In this document: piece by piece, positions 58,874 through 64,000 of the stretch | Layout of the letters: each line of letters starts with the position of its first letter | How positions within the stretch are numbered: position 1 is the first letter of the stretch | Assembly (NCBI GenBank): GCA_965218795.1 | Contig: OZ244653.1 | Location: forward strand, 1,088,001-1,152,000 | Reading direction: 5' to 3' | Length of the DNA: 64,000 nucleotides | Source: a bacterium | GTDB lineage: Bacteria; UBA8248; JACPRG01; G963555815 | Notes under the pieces: model-generated | Database searches by the model: none | Told to the model about the DNA's origin: nothing | Seen by the model: the letters and a program-made list of their open reading frames with translations, nothing else | Translations under genes and position numbers: made by a program

Positions 58874-59749
58874 ATGTCCAGAAAATCCTTTCGGTTCGTC
58901 AACGAAGATACCGTGTTCACCCTGCCCTGGGAGGTCGGCATCCTCGAAGGATTGTTCGAGCGGGCCGGGATCGAAGTAGAAGTCGCCGAGAAAAATCCCT
59001 CCAACACGGCCCCCGAGCTGTTCGGGCGGAACAAGGAAGTTCTGTTCGAATCGAAAGGGCTTGACGCTTACAACGTCTGCGAGTGGGGCGCCATCAAGAG
59101 GACGGCCGTCCAGGACCAGCGGCCTTCCCGGATCCTCAACCTTCGCGAATCCATCACGGTCATGGGATTGATTGCCGGGAAAGATACGGGCATCACCCAT
59201 CCCGATGACCTCGCGGGAGTCCCCGTCGCCGTCCAAATGCACACAGGCTCGCATTACATGGCAATCAAACAGCTCGAGGGGTTCCTGAAAAAAGAGGACG
59301 TTCAGGTCGTCCAGACGGGAGGCCCGGCCATGCGGCTTCGGGCCCTTCTGGAAGGAAAAGTCCGGGCGGCGGCCGTGATGGAGCCTTTCCTGAGCTTCGC
59401 CGAGATGGAGGGTCACAGCCTGGTCTCGATGGCGTACTACAACGGCATGGTGGTGGCCGGAGACAACCATGACGCGGACACCATGGAAAAAATTCAGGGT
59501 GTCCTCCGGCGCGCCGTTGATTTGATCAACGAGGACAAAAGCAAGTACGCCCGCCTCCTCCTCGATGATCTGCCCGAAGACCTGCGTCCCAGGATGGGCC
59601 TGGAGGACCTCCACGTCGAGCGCCTTCGCTATGCCTACCCGCGCCCCTATCCGATGGACCGTTACGAAAAGCAGGCCCGATGGATGCAGGAATGGGGGCT
59701 CTTGGAGGAGGGGAGCAAGCCCGAAAAGGTGCTCAGCGCAAGCAGTTGA
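58874..59749 (+). CDS. NMT1/THI5-like substrate-binding protein lacking a signal peptide
   Basis: G.FERAGIEVE, DLAGVPVAV, RLRALLEGKV.AA..MEP; RBS ggagg. Confidence 0.8.
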   Translation: MSRKSFRFVNEDTVFTLPWEVGILEGLFERAGIEVEVAEKNPSNTAPELFGRNKEVLFESKGLDAYNVCEWGAIKRTAVQDQRPSRILNLRESITVMGLIAGKDTGITHPDDLAGVPVAVQMHTGSHYMAIKQLEGFLKKEDVQVVQTGGPAMRLRALLEGKVRAAAVMEPFLSFAEMEGHSLVSMAYYNGMVVAGDNHDADTMEKIQGVLRRAVDLINEDKSKYARLLLDDLPEDLRPRMGLEDLHVERLRYAYPRPYPMDRYEKQARWMQEWGLLEEGSKPEKVLSASS

Positions 59750-59835
59750 ACACGTTACGGCGGGGGAAAGCTCACCTTCCCCCGTTTTTGCATCCGGCGT
59801 CCGGACCGACATTCGAAACCCGAGGAGCGAACCCG

Positions 59836-60696
59836 ATGATCACTGCGGAAGCAAAGGAAGCGATGGCCGGCCTGATCCAAAGCGGGGAGACGTTTGATTT
59901 CGTGGACATGACCCAGCGGTGGCACAACCGCGTTCCGACCTGGCCCTACTTCCCATCCTCGGAAATCCGTAACTTCCACAGCCATCATAAAGACGGCCTG
60001 TGCAGTCTCATCATCGAGACCAACATGCACTCGGGGACGCATATCGACGCGCCCCTTCACTTCAACGCCGGCGGATGGGATTTGGCGGATATGCCTTTGG
60101 AGCGATGCCAAGGGTCCGCCCTGGTCGTGGATCTGAGCCACGAGGTCGAAGAGTGGACCTACGTCAACCGCGAGATGATTGAGCGAAACATCCCCGACGG
60201 TGAAGAATTGCGGGAGGACGATATCCTCATCATTTACTTCAATTGGAAGCGTTTCAACTGGGAGGGGCCCGAGCACAATGAGCAGACGTTTTTCTGCAAG
60301 CACCCGGGTCCGGATCCCAGTGTGACCGATTGGCTTATCGAGAAGCGGGTCAAGTGGGTCGCCAGCGACGCCCCCGCATTCGAGCATCCCTGGAACTTGA
60401 TGATCAAGAACTACCGCCCCGACCTGGTTCGGGAATGGGAGCAAAGGACCGGGCTGAAGGTCGATGACGTACACCTCGAGGATCATTACCTGCACTGTCA
60501 CCGACGGATGATGAATGAAAACCTGATGCATGTCGATAACGTCGGCGGCGACGTGGACAAGGTCGTCGGAAAACGGATTTACGCGATGGCCCTTCCCTGG
60601 CGGTTCGTGGGCGGAGAGGCATGCATCTGCCGGCTGGTCGGGATCGACGCCAGTCAGGAATCCTCGGGATCTCTCGACCGGAGACGAAACGGATGA
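59836..60696 (+). CDS. Cyclase family (kynurenine formamidase-like) metal hydrolase
   Basis: HSGTHIDAPLHF, HPG, CH, P..F.GGEA motifs. Confidence 0.9.
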   Translation: MITAEAKEAMAGLIQSGETFDFVDMTQRWHNRVPTWPYFPSSEIRNFHSHHKDGLCSLIIETNMHSGTHIDAPLHFNAGGWDLADMPLERCQGSALVVDLSHEVEEWTYVNREMIERNIPDGEELREDDILIIYFNWKRFNWEGPEHNEQTFFCKHPGPDPSVTDWLIEKRVKWVASDAPAFEHPWNLMIKNYRPDLVREWEQRTGLKVDDVHLEDHYLHCHRRMMNENLMHVDNVGGDVDKVVGKRIYAMALPWRFVGGEACICRLVGIDASQESSGSLDRRRNG

Positions 60697-61769
60697 CCGC
60701 TGAGACCATTCCCCAATCCATGGAAGCCGTCCGTCTCCATGGGGTAGAAGATTTCCGCGTGGAGCAAATTCCCACGCCCCGGCCCGGCTTTCGCGAAGTC
60801 CTCTGCCGGGTGGAGGCGGTGACCATCTGCGGCACCGACATCGCCATCATCAAGGGCCACCACCAGCAGTGGGCCAAACACCTTCCGATGACCCTCGGCC
60901 ATGAATGGGCGGGACGCGTCGTCGCTCTGGGCGAAGGGGCGGAAGGCTTCGGGGTTGAACCGGGCGACCACGTGTGCGGAACTTCCCACAGCGGTTGCGG
61001 GTATTGCCGGATGTGCCTCATCGGTCGGTACAACCTCTGCGTGAACTATGGTCATTCCGAACTGGGCCACCGCCAGTACGGTCACGTCACAGACGGATCC
61101 TACGCCGAGTTCATGGTCAATACCCTGAAGAGCATCCACAAGATTCCCGACGACATGCCCTTCGAAGTCGCCGCCAACGTCGATCCCGCCGCCATCGGGC
61201 TCCATTCCGTCAAGCGGACCGGCATCCATCCGGGCGAAACCGTCGTTGTGCTGGGGCCCGGGCCGGTGGGATTCTTCGCGTTCCAGTGCGCCTTCGCGCT
61301 GGGGGCGGGCCGCGTGATCATGGTCGGCTCGGGCGACCGCCTCGCCAAGGCCGGGGAGCTCGGCGCGGAAACGGTTAATTACCGGGAAACCGACCCGGTT
61401 GAGGCCGTCCGTGAGATGACGGACGGATGGGGGGCGGAGGTCGTCGTGGACTGCGCGGCCACGAAGGATTCACTCGTGCAGGCCATCGATATGACGTGCA
61501 AGGGCGGCCGCGTCGCTTATACCGGCATCCCCCATGAATCGCCGATCATCAATTACCGCAAGCTGATTCTGGAAGAAGTCGACATCTATGGGGTCCGGGC
61601 GAATCCCAACGCCGCCGTCGAGACCATTCCCCTCTTCGAGAGGGGCGCGATTCGGGCCGAACCCCTGATCACGCACCGATTCCCGCTGAAGGAATACCAG
61701 GAGGCCTACGACACGTTCGTCGAGCGAAGGGACGGGGCCATCCTCGTCAGCCTCCGCCCCGGGGCGTAA
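60693..61769 (+). CDS. Zinc-dependent alcohol dehydrogenase (MDR family)
   Basis: ICGTD, GHEWAG, CGYCRMC..C, GPGPVG, LITHRFPL. Confidence 0.94.
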   Translation: MTAETIPQSMEAVRLHGVEDFRVEQIPTPRPGFREVLCRVEAVTICGTDIAIIKGHHQQWAKHLPMTLGHEWAGRVVALGEGAEGFGVEPGDHVCGTSHSGCGYCRMCLIGRYNLCVNYGHSELGHRQYGHVTDGSYAEFMVNTLKSIHKIPDDMPFEVAANVDPAAIGLHSVKRTGIHPGETVVVLGPGPVGFFAFQCAFALGAGRVIMVGSGDRLAKAGELGAETVNYRETDPVEAVREMTDGWGAEVVVDCAATKDSLVQAIDMTCKGGRVAYTGIPHESPIINYRKLILEEVDIYGVRANPNAAVETIPLFERGAIRAEPLITHRFPLKEYQEAYDTFVERRDGAILVSLRPGA

Positions 61770-61810
61770 TCGAGCCAACGCCCGGTAATGTCGAAGTCAC
61801 CCTCCTGTTG

Positions 61811-61969
61811 GCCGGGTTGGGATCGATCATCGTGAATGCGCAGACGGACATGGAAAACGACACGATGTTCGTCCCCATCATCGTGCTCATGGCCCTGGGG
61901 ATTCTTCTCAGCGAGGAACTCAAGCGGTTTGAGAATCGGGTGGCTCCCTGGAAGTCGCGCGAGGATTAA
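61811..61969 (+). pseudogene. C-terminal remnant of an SsuC/TauC-type ABC permease
   Basis: Frame not in the ORF track: AGLGSIIVNAQTDMENDTMFVPIIVLMALGILLSEELKRFENRVAPWKSRED*. Confidence 0.65.
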
Positions 61970-61972
61970 TTT

Positions 61973-63040
61973 GTGGTTTCCCAAACCGACAGTCCGACCC
62001 TCGAAGCGCTCCGAAACTGGCATCCTCGGATGCTCGCCAACGGTGTCGACTACAACGATGCCGAGGAGACCCTGAAGCGCGTCGAATCCTGGGAGGACTG
62101 GTGCCGCGAATGGTGCGACACAGCCGCCGTTCACGAAAGCCTGGCTGAAGAGGCCGCCGGAAGAAACCGCAGGCGGACCGCAGCGGAGGCATTTTTGAAG
62201 GCCTCGGTCACCTATCACTTCGCACAATTCGTTTGGGATGAAGACCTTCAGCAGAAACAGGCGGCCCAGGACAAAAAGGTCGAGACCTTTCGCAAGGCCC
62301 TGCCCCTCTTGGATGAGCCCATCGAATGGGTGGAGGTCCCCTTTGAAGACACCATCCTTCCCGGATTTCTACGAAGGCCCGGGGCGGTCGATCGCGCACC
62401 CGTCGTTCTCATCATTCCCGGGCTGGATTCCACGAAGGAGGAGTTCTACAGTCTGGGCAACGATTTTCTGGCCAGAGGCCTCGCCGTGTTGGCCTTTGAC
62501 GGTCCCGGCCAGGGAGAGGTCCACCCGCACATCAAGATGCGGGAGGATTACGAGTCGGCCGTGTCGGCTGTGATCGATTGGGTACGGGCGCGGCGCGACC
62601 TGGATGGGGAGCGAATCGGCGTCTGCGGAATCAGCACCGGGGGCTATTACGCCCCCCGGGCGGCCGCCTTTGACCAGCGGATCAAGGCGTGCGTCGGGGT
62701 CGCGGGATTCTACAATATGGCCGACTGCTGGGACGACATGCCCGGTCTGACCCAAAACGGTTTCCGGTTTGCCTGGGGGGCCTTCGACATCGATGAAGCC
62801 AGGGAAAGGTCCATGGCCATCAGCTTGAAGGGAATTGCAAAGGCTATCGCCTGCCCCTTGCTGATCATCCATGGGGCGCTGGATCGAATCGTACCGGTTT
62901 CGCACGGGGAGGCGATCGTCGCCGAGGCTTCAGGCCCCAAGGAATTCGTCATGTTCCCGGACGGAAACCACGTGTGCAACAACATCCCCTACAAGTACCG
63001 GCCGCTGGCGGGGGACTGGTTGTCGGAAGCCCTCGCTTGA
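61973..63040 (+). CDS. Alpha/beta hydrolase, 2,6-dihydroxypseudooxynicotine hydrolase-like
   Basis: R.LANGVD..D, PGLDSTKEE, DGPGQGE, GISTGGYY, GNHVCNN. Confidence 0.85.
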   Translation: MVSQTDSPTLEALRNWHPRMLANGVDYNDAEETLKRVESWEDWCREWCDTAAVHESLAEEAAGRNRRRTAAEAFLKASVTYHFAQFVWDEDLQQKQAAQDKKVETFRKALPLLDEPIEWVEVPFEDTILPGFLRRPGAVDRAPVVLIIPGLDSTKEEFYSLGNDFLARGLAVLAFDGPGQGEVHPHIKMREDYESAVSAVIDWVRARRDLDGERIGVCGISTGGYYAPRAAAFDQRIKACVGVAGFYNMADCWDDMPGLTQNGFRFAWGAFDIDEARERSMAISLKGIAKAIACPLLIIHGALDRIVPVSHGEAIVAEASGPKEFVMFPDGNHVCNNIPYKYRPLAGDWLSEALA

Positions 63041-63236
63041 TAGCAATGCGAAATCGGAATATCGTGCTGGCGAAGGTATAAAAAGGGGGAACCCAGGATT
63101 CAGGACATGGCGGACTTCAGCGTCGGGAAAGACGCCATTAAGCCGCTGGGGATGCTGTAGACGGACGAAAAATCTCAGGGAGAACCAAACTGCAGGTTCT
63201 AACCTGTACCTGTAGGTCAAAAAGAGAACGGAGCTT

Positions 63237-64000
63237 CTATGGCCCGTTCCTGACGCCGTGGGGGTACATCATCACGCGGTAGGCGCCTCCTTTCCGCTCC
63301 CGGAAGGTTTCCAGGGCCTCCCCGAAATCCGTCAGCGCCATTTTGTGGGTCAGTAACGGCTCGACGTTCACGTACCCCCGGGAGATCATCTCCAGCCCCC
63401 GCCGGCAGACCCATTTCGGATTCGCCACCGATCCGTGAATGTTCAGGTGTCCCCTGACAATCACGCTGAGGTCGACCTGCAACTCGCGGCCCGGCGAAGT
63501 CGAACCCGCCAGGACGATCCGGCCTCCACGCCGGGCGGAGAGAACGGCCTGCAGACCGGCCTCCGCGGACCCGGCCAGCTCGACGACGACATCGGCGCCC
63601 CGCCCGCCGAAGTGGGATCGGATGACTTCCACGGGCTCCTTCTCGAAACGGACGTTGACCACGGCGTCGCAGCCCAAATCCGTGCCCAGGGAGAGGCGCT
63701 CGTCGCGCGTGCCGGCCAGAACGACTTTCCCGGCTCCCCGCGCCCGGACGATCTGCGTCGCGCAGTAGCCGATGGCTCCGGGGCCCAGGACCAGGACGTC
63801 CTCCCCCGCTTCGATGCCGATTCGCTCGATCGCGTAGAGAGCCACGCCGACCGATTCGATGAACGCGCCCTGCCCGAACGTAAGATTTTTCGGCAACCGG
63901 TGGAGGGCCTTGACGGAAACCGCGCAGTATTCCGCCAGGCCGCCGCTGGTCGTAAATCCGATATGGGCATGACCCTTGTCCGCCCGGCCGTAGTTTTCGC
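63237..64000 (-). CDS. Zinc-dependent alcohol dehydrogenase, 5'-truncated by the window edge
   Basis: GHAHIGFTTSGGLAEY, GPGAIG, GADVVVE, LLTHKM. Confidence 0.9.
   Translation of the reverse strand, partial: ENYGRADKGHAHIGFTTSGGLAEYCAVSVKALHRLPKNLTFGQGAFIESVGVALYAIERIGIEAGEDVLVLGPGAIGYCATQIVRARGAGKVVLAGTRDERLSLGTDLGCDAVVNVRFEKEPVEVIRSHFGGRGADVVVELAGSAEAGLQAVLSARRGGRIVLAGSTSPGRELQVDLSVIVRGHLNIHGSVANPKWVCRRGLEMISRGYVNVEPLLTHKMALTDFGEALETFRERKGGAYRVMMYPHGVRNGP

Overview
GC-rich bacterial chromosomal window dominated by catabolic and accessory genes. The gene repertoire (many hydantoinase/oxoprolinase, amidohydrolase, LLM, Rid, EamA and NMT1-type genes) resembles uncultured Nitrospinota/Tectomicrobia-like lineages, but this is inference only. 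Main content: two hydantoinase/oxoprolinase A+B pairs whose B subunits carry a fused acetone-carboxylase gamma-like Zn domain; a long degradative operon at 17.8-29.8 kb (ADP-forming CoA ligase, acyl-CoA dehydrogenase, Ltp2-like thiolase + OB-fold, amidohydrolase, UbiD); a sugar ABC transporter; a housekeeping block (tRNA-fMet, ftsB, hemL, mtnP, plus menA and msrA further on); an amidohydrolase-Rieske pair; an orphan molybdopterin oxidoreductase large subunit; and a Rid-rich cluster including a three-domain single-chain Rid protein. Four AT-richer islands are present: a PD-(D/E)XK nuclease, a methylase + endonuclease pair, a GT4 gene + IS481 remnant beside the tRNA, and a ParA-like ATPase + unknown partner flanked by copied fragments of the neighbouring gene. 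The window shows marked erosion: frameshifts concentrated in accessory genes, nonsense codons, orphan gene ends and short templated duplications. No CRISPR array, rRNA or intact integrase was seen. All calls are from motif recognition by eye; no database searches were run.
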